Shown here one piece after another: positions 33,752 to 43,443 of a DNA stretch of 64,000 nucleotides; positions within the stretch are counted from its first letter, which is position 1; each line of letters opens with the position of its first letter. Under the pieces are notes generated by a model. The model ran no database searches. It had not been told where the DNA came from and worked only from the letters and a program-made list of their open reading frames with translations. Where the stretch lies: IMG/VR virus record IMGVR_UViG_3300027820_000029, positions 14,039-78,038 of that record; one strand, 5' to 3'. Origin of the DNA: a virus (taxonomy: Duplodnaviria > Caudoviricetes). The translations under genes were made by a program, and so were the position numbers.

Positions 33752-34969
33752 ATGAAAAGGTTCTTAGTAGATATAATAAATAAATTAAATCCAGCGCAAC
33801 CTGAGATTGTTGAAGATTTTGGGCAGCAACATGCACCTTCAGTGAACCTACGAACCAATCAGGCTGCTTATAATGTATTAGAAATTGTTAATCGTGGAGT
33901 TAACTTAATTGTTGATTCTGCGGCGGGCGTCCCTTTAGATGTCGGAGATATATTAGAGTTCAGTGATACAAGTACACGCATACGTAAGAAAAGATTAAAT
34001 CAATTATTAAATTTTAGGCCAAATAATTTTTATAATGCTGACGTATTTAAGCGCAATATATTCTTAGATTTAATACTAGAAGGGGACGCTTTTTTATATT
34101 ATGATGGGGTACATTTATATAATCTTCCTGCAACCAGCGTTAATACTATAGCAGATGAGAAATTTTTCATTAAGCATTATGAATATAAGGAAAAAGTTTT
34201 TAAGCCAAATGAAATAATACATATAAAAGAGAATGCTTCTGATAGTATATTTACAGGTACCTCTAGATTAGATTCTGCAAAAGCTAGTCTTAACTTACTA
34301 GTTAGTATGAATTCTTTCCAAACTAATTTTTTCGAGAATTCAGCTATACCAGGTATAATTTTAACTACACCTAATCCTTTATCAGAACGTGTTAAGAATC
34401 GATTGGTTCAGCAGTGGTCGAGCAAATATAACCCTAAGCGTGGTGGAAAACGCCCGCTAATTTTGGACGGAGAATTTAAGGTAGAATCCTTATCAAAATA
34501 TAATTTCAAAGAATTAGATTTTAATGAAAGTATTGCGCTACAGGAAACAAAAGTATTAAAAGCTTTAGGAGTACCGCCTGTTCTTTTAAATTCTGGCAAT
34601 AATGCTAACATTAACCCTAACATGCGGATGTTTTTTATACAAACAGTTATACCTTTAGTTAATAAGCTGACACAAGCTCTTGAGATGCAATTTGGGTATG
34701 ATATTAAACCTATTACACAGAATGTTCATGCGCTACGTCCAGAGTTGCAAGATCAGGCAAACTTCTTATCTAGTTTAGTAAATTCTGGAATCTTAACTCG
34801 CAATGAAGCTCGAGAAGAATTAAGAAAGCATCCTAAAACAGGAAACGAAGACCCCGATAACATTGCAGATAATTTAATACTCCCTGCAAACGTTGCAGGT
34901 TCAGCACAAGATGCAGGGCAGGGCGGAAGACCTGAAGAAGACAAAGATGAACTAGAAGATAATAAATAG
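33752..34969 (+). CDS. Portal protein, HK97/T5-like
   Basis: IVNRGVNLIVD, LEGDAF, EIIHIKEN, ALGVPPVLL, ILTRNEAR. Confidence 0.95.
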   Translation: MKRFLVDIINKLNPAQPEIVEDFGQQHAPSVNLRTNQAAYNVLEIVNRGVNLIVDSAAGVPLDVGDILEFSDTSTRIRKKRLNQLLNFRPNNFYNADVFKRNIFLDLILEGDAFLYYDGVHLYNLPATSVNTIADEKFFIKHYEYKEKVFKPNEIIHIKENASDSIFTGTSRLDSAKASLNLLVSMNSFQTNFFENSAIPGIILTTPNPLSERVKNRLVQQWSSKYNPKRGGKRPLILDGEFKVESLSKYNFKELDFNESIALQETKVLKALGVPPVLLNSGNNANINPNMRMFFIQTVIPLVNKLTQALEMQFGYDIKPITQNVHALRPELQDQANFLSSLVNSGILTRNEAREELRKHPKTGNEDPDNIADNLILPANVAGSAQDAGQGGRPEEDKDELEDNK

Positions 34970-35084
34970 AATTTGATATAATACATGAGTAAATAAAAAT
35001 TTTTAACAAAACGGCGAAAAGGGTAATTCCCCTGCCAGTATCCTAAGTACTGGCTAGTCATATAATACCCTTAGGAGGTAAAAA

Positions 35085-35786
35085 ATGAAAACGAATAAAG
35101 AAATTGTAACTGAAATTATTAAAGACTTGGAAAAGATTGTTGGACTTAACTGGCCAATAAGAAAAGATGCTAAAGTATCAAAAGAAAAATTGATAGATTG
35201 CTGGTCTGCTTATAGAAAAGATTCAGAATATAATTTTTATAATTATACACATTCAAATAGTTTAGGTATAGCATACAAAAAAATATTTATTAATATAATA
35301 AAAAATAATATTCAATCTTGGAAAAATTATATTTTGAATTTATATAATTATAAATATTGTTATAAATGTGGAAAATTAAAAAAATTAAATGAATTTACTT
35401 TAAGTAAACATACAATGTCCAATCATGAAAGTGAATGTAAAGATTGTAAAAAAAATTATTACCAAAATAATAAAGAAAATATACTTGAAAGAAGTAAAAA
35501 GCATTATCAGAACAATAAAGAAAAATATGCTGCAAAAGATGCAAAAAGGCGAGCAGCTAAATTAAATCGCACGCCTGCTTGGCTCACTGAACAAGATTTA
35601 AAAGATATAGAAAGCTTTTATACTAAAACACAAGAACTAACAGAAGAAACTGGTATACAACATCATGTCGACCATATAATTCCTTTACAAGGTGAATTAA
35701 TATCTGGATTACATGTTCCTAGTAATCTTCAAATACTCCCAGCTAAAGAAAACTTACAGAAGGGAAATAAATTTGAAGTTATATAA
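35085..35786 (+). mobile_element. Freestanding HNH homing endonuclease
   Basis: CxxC-CxxC zinc finger, HHVDHIIPL...LHVPSNLQ...N motif. Confidence 0.9.
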
Positions 35787-35801
35787 TTTGGAGGGAATTA
35801 A

Positions 35802-37781
35802 ATGACAAACAAAGAATATAAGAAACCATTATTTATGACAATGGGGTTTAAAGCTGCTGAAATTAATGAAGATAATGAAAAGTTAAAAATTGAAGGCTTT
35901 GCTAATACAACATCTAAGGACCGGCAAGGCGATGTAATACTTGAGGACGCCTGGAAAAATGGGGCATTATCTAATTACCTTAAAAACCCTATTGTTTTAG
36001 CATTTCATAATGCCGAAAAGCCCATAGGAGAAGTTGTAGAACATAGTATTACTTCTGCAGGTCTTCATGTTGTTGCAGAAATTAGTAAAGCTAGCGGAGA
36101 AATATATAATCTAATTCGAGAAGGAGTTTTAAAGGCTTTTTCCGTTGGCTTCAAAGTAGGGGATGCTGATTATGATACAGAGACTGATATATTTGTTATT
36201 AAGCAATTAGAATTATTCGAAATATCAGTTGTATCTATTCCGGCTAGCCCAGACTCAATTTTCTCTATTCAAAAGTCTTTGAATGAGGAAGAATATTTAG
36301 AATTCAAAAATTTATACAATAAAAATCAGGAAGACGCAATAAAAATTGCAGAACCTGATATAGGAGAAGAAAACGAGATGGATAAAGACAAAATCTCTAT
36401 TACTACAGAAGAATTAAAGAAATTAGAAAAAGATGCAGTAGATAAGGCTATGGCCAAGAAAGCTGCTGATGAAGCCCGTGCAGCACAGACAACTGAAGTG
36501 ATTAAGAACGTTTCTACAGAAGTTGTTAGCACCGCGGAGGAAAGAATACTGCAGGAAGTTGAGAAGAGATTAACTGAGAAAGAATCAACTTTGGAAGAAA
36601 CTCTTGAAGGTTTACGTGCAGATCTTAAAGAAAAGAATGATGAAATTATTGCTATGAATAAGAGCAAGATGGAGTTCGTAACTGATTCTAGCAAGAAAGC
36701 TATTATTTCTGATACAGAAAAAGAAACTGCAGTATTAGCTGCTAAAATCATGGGTGTACCTTTAGATTCAACAAAATACTTTAAGGATGTAATTACTAAA
36801 GCTGGTGGTGCTCACGTACAAAGCTTGGGTGGATTAGATACTTCTTCACCAGAAGATTGGGAGAATTTATTCTCTACTAATCTTTATGAAGATGTTAAAG
36901 GTAAAACTATTATTGAACCAATGTTTTCTAATAGGGTTGCAATGACTTCTAGAACTTTAGTATTCCCATATAATCCAGACGCGGGGTTAGCAGAATGGGT
37001 ACCAGATAGTCAGTATAAAACTGCAGGTACAGTAACAGATCCTAACTCAACCGGTGCTCTAGCTGGACAAACACATTTAGTTAAAGATAATGTTCTAAAA
37101 GCTGAAAAATTAGCTAGTAAAGAATTTATTGGCTATGAAGAAGAAGAGGATTCAATCATTGCTTTGACCCCAATTATTCGTGATGCGGTTATGCGTAGAA
37201 TGGTACGTTCTACAGATATGGAGTTACTACGTGGTAATGTTGGTGCTGATTTGGGTACAGGTAATGGTTTAATTGATGGTATTTCTACATTAGCAGCAGA
37301 TGCCGTTGATTATGATTATACTCAGCCAGGAACATTTGGTAGTGCTAATCCAGTAACTGTAGCTGATCTACAACAAACACGTAGATTAATGGGAGTATAT
37401 GGATTAACTCCTGGCGATATTACATATATTGTAAGTCAGACTGTAATGTATGATCTTATGGATGATCCCGATTTTAGAACAATGGATCTAGTTGGGGACC
37501 GCGCTACTATTATTCGTGGACAAATTGGTTCTATTAATGGATCTCCAGTTGTAGTATCTGATTCCTTTGCTGCTTATGCAACAGGAACTGTACAGGCAGT
37601 TGCTCTTAATAGTTCTAACTACCTATTCGGTGAACTTCGTGGAATGATGGTAGAACGTGATAGAGATATTGTTAACCAAAGTAATGTTATTGTTGCTACA
37701 CGTAGATTTGCCTTTAGTGAAATCGTACCTGCCGTAGATAATGGTGGCAGAAGTTCATGTGCTAACCTGGTAACTGCTTAA
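35802..37781 (+). CDS. Prohead protease fused to major capsid protein (HK97 fold)
   Basis: Protease motifs IEGFANT, LAFHN, AFSVGF, EISVVSIPA; then T5 pb8-like delta domain and capsid. Confidence 0.92.
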   Translation: MTNKEYKKPLFMTMGFKAAEINEDNEKLKIEGFANTTSKDRQGDVILEDAWKNGALSNYLKNPIVLAFHNAEKPIGEVVEHSITSAGLHVVAEISKASGEIYNLIREGVLKAFSVGFKVGDADYDTETDIFVIKQLELFEISVVSIPASPDSIFSIQKSLNEEEYLEFKNLYNKNQEDAIKIAEPDIGEENEMDKDKISITTEELKKLEKDAVDKAMAKKAADEARAAQTTEVIKNVSTEVVSTAEERILQEVEKRLTEKESTLEETLEGLRADLKEKNDEIIAMNKSKMEFVTDSSKKAIISDTEKETAVLAAKIMGVPLDSTKYFKDVITKAGGAHVQSLGGLDTSSPEDWENLFSTNLYEDVKGKTIIEPMFSNRVAMTSRTLVFPYNPDAGLAEWVPDSQYKTAGTVTDPNSTGALAGQTHLVKDNVLKAEKLASKEFIGYEEEEDSIIALTPIIRDAVMRRMVRSTDMELLRGNVGADLGTGNGLIDGISTLAADAVDYDYTQPGTFGSANPVTVADLQQTRRLMGVYGLTPGDITYIVSQTVMYDLMDDPDFRTMDLVGDRATIIRGQIGSINGSPVVVSDSFAAYATGTVQAVALNSSNYLFGELRGMMVERDRDIVNQSNVIVATRRFAFSEIVPAVDNGGRSSCANLVTA

Positions 37782-37833
37782 TTTTTAGTAAGATATAATC
37801 TTACTAATTTTGGCTGTTTAATTTTGGCTTTAT

Positions 37834-37866
37834 GTGCCGGGGCCCTCCGGTTCCGGCACTCTTTTT
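37834..37866 (+). terminator. Intrinsic terminator after the capsid gene
   Basis: GTGCCGG/CCGGCAC stem followed by TCTTTTT. Confidence 0.7.
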
Positions 37867-37875
37867 AGGATAATA

Positions 37876-38448
37876 ATGGCAATACTTAATTTAAGAAATT
37901 ATAAAGAGTATAAAAATATAGCAAGTAATTCAAAGGATGCTAAGCATACTAAAATTATTAATGCTGTAAATTCTTATATACCTATCTATTGTAATAGAAA
38001 TTTTACAGATTATTATGCAACAGATAAAGTTGAATATTTTGATGGAACAGTTGATGAAATATATCCTAAAGAAATTCCTATAATATCTGTAACATCTCTT
38101 GAGTATTCTACGAATGCTGGTCAAAATTATTTAGCCCTAACTGAATATGCACAATTTAATATTGATTATAATTTAGATAGAATAGTATCTGTATACAGTC
38201 AATTTATAGATACAGCTTATCCAATAAATAGTTTAAAATTAACATATAAAGGCGGCTTTGAAGAATATCCAGAAGATATAGTTCAAGCCGCTGTTAGTTT
38301 AGTAGAATATTTTGATGAAGAAAATTATACTCTAAGAAAATCTTTAGCTGGAGCTAGTCAAGATAATGTTATAATACCAGATAAAACAGCTGTATTACCT
38401 CCTCATATTAGGAGAGTGTTAGAGATGTATCGAGTTATTGCTTTATAA
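37876..38448 (+). CDS. Head completion / head-tail connector
   Basis: YCNRNF...LTYKGG...PPHIRRVLEMYR; T5 synteny; start moved to MAILNL. Confidence 0.85.
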   Translation: MAILNLRNYKEYKNIASNSKDAKHTKIINAVNSYIPIYCNRNFTDYYATDKVEYFDGTVDEIYPKEIPIISVTSLEYSTNAGQNYLALTEYAQFNIDYNLDRIVSVYSQFIDTAYPINSLKLTYKGGFEEYPEDIVQAAVSLVEYFDEENYTLRKSLAGASQDNVIIPDKTAVLPPHIRRVLEMYRVIAL

Positions 38449-39833
38449 TGGCTAAAATAACCAAAACTAAAACTACAGTTAAAAAGACTACACAAGATAA
38501 AAAGAAATATGAAATAGCTCTAGAGGAAATTATTAAAACAATTAAAAAAGGACCGCCTGCCTTAAAGGCGGCGGGTATTACTAGTAATACTTTTAGAGAT
38601 GTATTAAATCAATATCCTATACATTATATGCAATTAACTACTATACAAAAAGAACATTTAGATAATATAATAGCACTTAGAGAAGAAAGCTTAAGACAAA
38701 AGGAACATGCTAAAACACGGCAAGGGCTGGAAGAATTTAAGAAAGTAAAAGCTGGTGATGAGGGTGTAAAATTTAGAACTCTGAAAACCCTTAAAGAAGA
38801 CTTAAATAAAACATTACCTGAATCTGAAAGAATAGGTGAATTAGGGCACACAAACTTGAGTAATGCAGGAATTTGGTATAGACTTCTAGAACAAAACTTG
38901 CCTGGGTTAGATGATGGTACTCGGGAATTAATACATAAATCTAAATTAGTATTGGATTCACTAGACGCAATTCAGCCTACTGATTATAAAATATTAAATA
39001 TGTTAGGCGCTCAAAGTCAAACAAAAACTTCGAAAGCTGCAAATGTATTAGAATATGTAAAATTTTTAAATCAAAAACCCAATTATATTGAGCATAATTT
39101 AGAATACGAAAATATACAAACTGAAGGATTAGCCTCGACAAAGTTACATATAACTTCTCAAAGTACAGCCTTTAATAAATTAACAGGGTCGGCAGCTAAA
39201 CATATTGGAGATGTAATACAAGGTTATAATGCTAAATTCACTACGTCTTTAGGAAAACATATACTAGGAAAAACGAATAACTTCCCGAATATAACTAGTT
39301 CTTTTGGTATTCTAAGGTATGTGGATGAACTTATATCTAATTTAATTTCGGGTAAAAAAACAAAGAAGGTAAATACAAAGAAGCGTAAATCTAGTAGAGA
39401 AAAGATTGGGGTTTTACCTAGATTAAAGAAAATAATAGCCAGATTCAATAAGGCGAAAATTAGGGAACCGTCTCCTCCGCCTCCTGAAGAGGAACTGGAT
39501 TTCTTAGGGTTAATAGCTCTAATAAACCAATCCTTAGCTCAGCGGGTAGAAGATTTGATGGGCAAGTCAAAAGACCCACCTGTTAAATTAAGGTACCAAA
39601 CGGGCAGGTTCGCTGAAAGTGCTAGGCTTTTAACTTTAACGCGAGAGCAGGCAGGGATATTATATGGTACTTACACTTATATGAGAAACCCGTACGACAC
39701 GTTTTTACCAGGCGGGAGGCTCAATCCTCCTGAAGAGCGTAACCCGATGATTTACATAGAAGGGGCTGTTCGAGACTTAGCACAAACAATACTTAAACAA
39801 AGGTTCCCAGGAATACAGTTGGAGATGCAATAA
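38448..39833 (+). CDS. Tail completion protein, T5 p143-like
   Basis: C-terminal LRYQTGRFAES...YTYMRNPYDTF...P; synteny. Confidence 0.75.
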   Translation: MAKITKTKTTVKKTTQDKKKYEIALEEIIKTIKKGPPALKAAGITSNTFRDVLNQYPIHYMQLTTIQKEHLDNIIALREESLRQKEHAKTRQGLEEFKKVKAGDEGVKFRTLKTLKEDLNKTLPESERIGELGHTNLSNAGIWYRLLEQNLPGLDDGTRELIHKSKLVLDSLDAIQPTDYKILNMLGAQSQTKTSKAANVLEYVKFLNQKPNYIEHNLEYENIQTEGLASTKLHITSQSTAFNKLTGSAAKHIGDVIQGYNAKFTTSLGKHILGKTNNFPNITSSFGILRYVDELISNLISGKKTKKVNTKKRKSSREKIGVLPRLKKIIARFNKAKIREPSPPPPEEELDFLGLIALINQSLAQRVEDLMGKSKDPPVKLRYQTGRFAESARLLTLTREQAGILYGTYTYMRNPYDTFLPGGRLNPPEERNPMIYIEGAVRDLAQTILKQRFPGIQLEMQ

Positions 39834-39835
39834 TA

Positions 39836-40270
39836 ATGTCGAAAAGAAGTCAAATTGTGAATGCATTAGTAGAAAAGCTTAAAGGTATAGATGGCTCTAC
39901 TGGATTTAATACAAATTTGTACAATAACGTGGAAAATCGTTTAAAATTCTGGGATGAGGTTAATGACTATCCTTCTGTCTATACTACTGTTGGGACTGAA
40001 ACTAGAGAATACTTACCTGGGGGATTCAAGTGGGGCCACCTGCTTATTACTTTGCGAGTTTATGTAGATGATGAAAATCCACAACAGAAATTAGAACAAA
40101 TATTTGAAGATATAGAAAACGTTGTAGATAGCAACGGAAATTTAGAATACAATACGAATATGTTCACGGAAGATATTAAGATACTTCGTATAGACACAGA
40201 TGAGGGTTTATTAAGTCCGATAGGTGTCGGAGAGGTAACCCTACAAATAATGTACGACTTACAAACATAG
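39836..40270 (+). CDS. Tail terminator protein, T5 p142-like
   Basis: FWDEVNDYPSV...ETREYLP...TDEGLLSP.GVGE. Confidence 0.85.
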   Translation: MSKRSQIVNALVEKLKGIDGSTGFNTNLYNNVENRLKFWDEVNDYPSVYTTVGTETREYLPGGFKWGHLLITLRVYVDDENPQQKLEQIFEDIENVVDSNGNLEYNTNMFTEDIKILRIDTDEGLLSPIGVGEVTLQIMYDLQT

Positions 40271-40317
40271 ATAAAGATCTAATGTAAAGAGACGTACAAA
40301 AGAAAGGAGATTAAATA

Positions 40318-41781
40318 ATGGCACGATCACTAGCACGTAATACTAGTTTGTTTGCGACGTCCTTGGACGACACACTAACTGGTGCAACTAGTTTAAATAC
40401 TTTTGAACTGAAGGTATTAGATGGATATAGTTTTAGTCAAGATGTAACAACACAAGAAGTGGGCGTAAACGAAGCAGGCACATCGCCTGTGAGGGGTACG
40501 CTCGGCTTTAATACTGCTCTTAATCCAGTAGATGTTAGTTTCAGTACTTATGTACGTTCATATTCTAATACGGAAGACACCAATGGAGATACTAGATCTG
40601 CAGCAGATTGTGTTGAAAGAATACTTTGGGCATCTGCAATGGGTGATCCAACATCTTGGGCTTATGTAATTGGAACAGATGTTGGCACAGGTCATGTTAT
40701 AACAGCACAAACAGACAGTGCATTAACATTTGGACTGGGTGCATCTAATGTTAATGAATTACTATCATTAACTTTGTACTTTGTACTTGAACAAACAACT
40801 TATAAAATAACAGACTTTAATGTTTCAACAGCAGAAGTAGATTTTAGTATTGATGGTATTGCAACTATTAATTGGACTGGACAGGGATCGCGAGTTTTAG
40901 AAGCCCCGGCAGAGCATACAGCTATTGCTGCTTGGGATGCAGGGACTGAATATTTAGGAGTTCCAGCAACTACTACAAGTACTTTCTTACGTAATAAGTT
41001 AAGTACTATGGATTTAAAAGATAATGATTTAGCAACGACTCCAGCTATAGATGGAATTCAGCACTCAGTACAAACATATACATTAGGTACTGGTACTGTT
41101 TTAGAATTTGGGGCTCAAACACTTACAGCAGCTATGGTAGGAGGTAGAATTAGAAATAATACTGTAATTGCAGGTGATGCTGATGATATACGTGGGTGGG
41201 CAACTATTATTGCTATAGATGATGGTAATGATGAAATTACAGTGTCAGAAAATGTAGATGCTGATACTATTACAGGGTCTACTAAATGGACAGTTAGTAA
41301 TGATGATTTAGATATATTTACAGCAGTTCAAAGTGCTGGAGTTGTATATAATATACCTATTACAGGAGCTACATTAACTCTAGAAAATAACTTTACTTAC
41401 CTGACACCTGAGGAATTAGCTATTGTTAACTTACCTTTAGCAGGCTTTGCAGGAAACCGTGTAACAAGTGGTAGTTTGACCGCATATTTGAATACAGGTG
41501 CTACAGGCTCTGGTGGGTTGTTATCTGATATGTTAGCAAAGATTGAAGGCTCAGTATCAAATAACTTTGAAATTATTTTCCATATGGGAGGAGCAGCAGC
41601 AGATACTCCTAGGGTAGATTTTACTATTGCTCATGCGCAAATATCTGTTCCAACCACAAATGTGGAAGATATTATCGCTACTGAGATACAATTTAGTGGT
41701 AAGCCTTGGAGTGATTCATTAGAAGCAGGATCATTTGAGGATACTAATGAATTGGTAATTACATACGTACCACCAGCATAA
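40318..41781 (+). CDS. Major tail tube protein, T5 pb6-like
   Basis: SLARNT, VLDGYSFSQ, FNTALNPVDVSFSTYVR, EVDFSIDGIATINWTG. Confidence 0.9.
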   Translation: MARSLARNTSLFATSLDDTLTGATSLNTFELKVLDGYSFSQDVTTQEVGVNEAGTSPVRGTLGFNTALNPVDVSFSTYVRSYSNTEDTNGDTRSAADCVERILWASAMGDPTSWAYVIGTDVGTGHVITAQTDSALTFGLGASNVNELLSLTLYFVLEQTTYKITDFNVSTAEVDFSIDGIATINWTGQGSRVLEAPAEHTAIAAWDAGTEYLGVPATTTSTFLRNKLSTMDLKDNDLATTPAIDGIQHSVQTYTLGTGTVLEFGAQTLTAAMVGGRIRNNTVIAGDADDIRGWATIIAIDDGNDEITVSENVDADTITGSTKWTVSNDDLDIFTAVQSAGVVYNIPITGATLTLENNFTYLTPEELAIVNLPLAGFAGNRVTSGSLTAYLNTGATGSGGLLSDMLAKIEGSVSNNFEIIFHMGGAAADTPRVDFTIAHAQISVPTTNVEDIIATEIQFSGKPWSDSLEAGSFEDTNELVITYVPPA

Positions 41782-41817
41782 ACTAATAAACTAATAATAA
41801 TAATACTATAAACAGAA

Positions 41818-41844
41818 TGAGGGGGGTAAAACCCCCTCACTTTT
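41818..41844 (+). terminator. Intrinsic terminator after the tail tube gene
   Basis: TGAGGGGG/CCCCCTCA stem followed by CTTTT. Confidence 0.75.
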
Positions 41845-41871
41845 AAAAGCAAAATTAAGGAGAACAAAATT

Positions 41872-42282
41872 ATGGAATTAGCTAAACTTATAGTACCCAG
41901 CAAGACTGTCTGGGTAGAATATCCTGGATTGTCAGGCTTTGAAATTGAGCTTGCGTACTTGACCAGGGACGAATTGATGAAAATTCGTGATAGGTCTACG
42001 ACCAAAAATTTCACCAGAAAAAGCAGGAAGGTTGAAGATGAAGTCGATAACGATATATTTCAATCTGAATACTTCAGGGCAGTAATAAAAAATTGGAAGG
42101 GATTAAGATACGAATATTTGCCCAAATTAATTCCAGTTGATTTATCTGAGGTAGAAGATTTAGAGGATGAGCTTGAGTATTCTGAAAAGAACGCTGAGGC
42201 GTTAATGCGAAATTGCTCAGAATTCGATGGCTTTGTAGGTTCTATATTGGAGGAGGTTAGTAATTTTACGAAGAGCAGTTAA
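41872..42282 (+). CDS. Tail assembly chaperone
   Basis: VEYPGLSGFEIELAYL...IKNWKGL; T5 synteny. Confidence 0.85.
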   Translation: MELAKLIVPSKTVWVEYPGLSGFEIELAYLTRDELMKIRDRSTTKNFTRKSRKVEDEVDNDIFQSEYFRAVIKNWKGLRYEYLPKLIPVDLSEVEDLEDELEYSEKNAEALMRNCSEFDGFVGSILEEVSNFTKSS

Positions 42283-42677
42283 ATCTGCTCAACAAAAAAT
42301 TACAAAACTTTTTTGATAATTCTGAGCTTAAAATGACTAAAGAACGGTATTTATTATTATGCGAACAGCTCGGCAATGAGCCAAAAGATAATGAGATCCC
42401 CGCCGAGTTTGAAGATTTTCCTTATACCGTGCAAACTGCTATAACTATATACCATATATTGAGTGATAGGTGGGATGGCTTTTCAGGAACTTACTTCGGA
42501 AAGGACTATTCGCTTCTACCATACTTAGTAAAGTTATATAGGATAGAAGATGAGTCTCAACTGCTTCAATTTTTATTATTAATAGATAGAATAATTATTG
42601 CAAAACGTTCAGAAGATCAGAAACGAAGAAATAAGAAAACCACCGGTAAAAAAAGTGGTATAAATATACAAGGGTGA
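42264..42677 (+). CDS. Tail assembly chaperone -1 frameshift extension
   Basis: The -1 frame is open from the TTTT run at 42263-42266 into ORF 42333..42677. Confidence 0.8.
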   Translation, partial: FYEEQLNLLNKKLQNFFDNSELKMTKERYLLLCEQLGNEPKDNEIPAEFEDFPYTVQTAITIYHILSDRWDGFSGTYFGKDYSLLPYLVKLYRIEDESQLLQFLLLIDRIIIAKRSEDQKRRNKKTTGKKSGINIQG

Positions 42678-42742
42678 AAAGGATAGCTTCCCTGCTAGTA
42701 CCACTATTACTAGCTAGCCCTTATCTATAGTGGAGATATAAA

Positions 42743-43423
42743 ATGGAAAAAACAAATAAAGAAATTATAACTGAAATTATTGAAGATTTAGAGCAAACAG
42801 AAGGGTTAAATTGGCCTAAAGCGCATAATGCAAAAGTATCAAGAGAAAAATTAATAGAATGCTGGTCTGAATATAGAGAAGGATCTGATTATAAATATTT
42901 TAATTATTATGGTAAGGGTGGTTTATGTAAAGTGTATAAAAATATATTTAGTAATATAAATAAAGAATCACGTAGTGAATTGTGGAAAACATATATTTTA
43001 AGACTTTATAATTATAAATATTGTAATATATGTGGAGAATTAAAAAAATTAGATGAATTTTACTTAGATGCAGCTAAAATATCTAAGAAACGTTGTCAAT
43101 GTAAAGATTGTATGAAAAAATACAGAGAGAATAATAGAGATAAGAGTGCTACAGCAACTGCAAAGTACAGGGCAGCAAAATTACAACGTATGCCAGCATG
43201 GGCCAATTTAGAAGCTATAAAAGAAATATATATTAATTGTCCAGAGGGCTATCACGTAGACCATATAGTGCCTTTACAGGGAAACTTAGTATCAGGGTTT
43301 CATATAGAAAATAATTTACAGTATTTAAAAGCGGAAGATAATCTTTCTAAGAGTAATAAATTCAGTTTGGAAGATAATTTGGAATATTTACCTTATTTTC
43401 CTGCTAATAAGTTTGAAGTGTAA
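42743..43423 (+). mobile_element. Freestanding HNH homing endonuclease, paralogue of 35085
   Basis: Closely similar N-terminus; YHVDHIVPL...HIENNLQ motif. Confidence 0.9.
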
Positions 43424-43443
43424 AAGTATAAAAAAGGAACAAT

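Noticed and set aside
33549-33755. 68-aa ORF before the portal
   Set aside because: Plausible RBS but no recognisable features; left uncalled
35013-35059. HNH leader as a hammerhead ribozyme because of GAAA and CUG
   Set aside because: No CUGANGA core and the junction order does not fit
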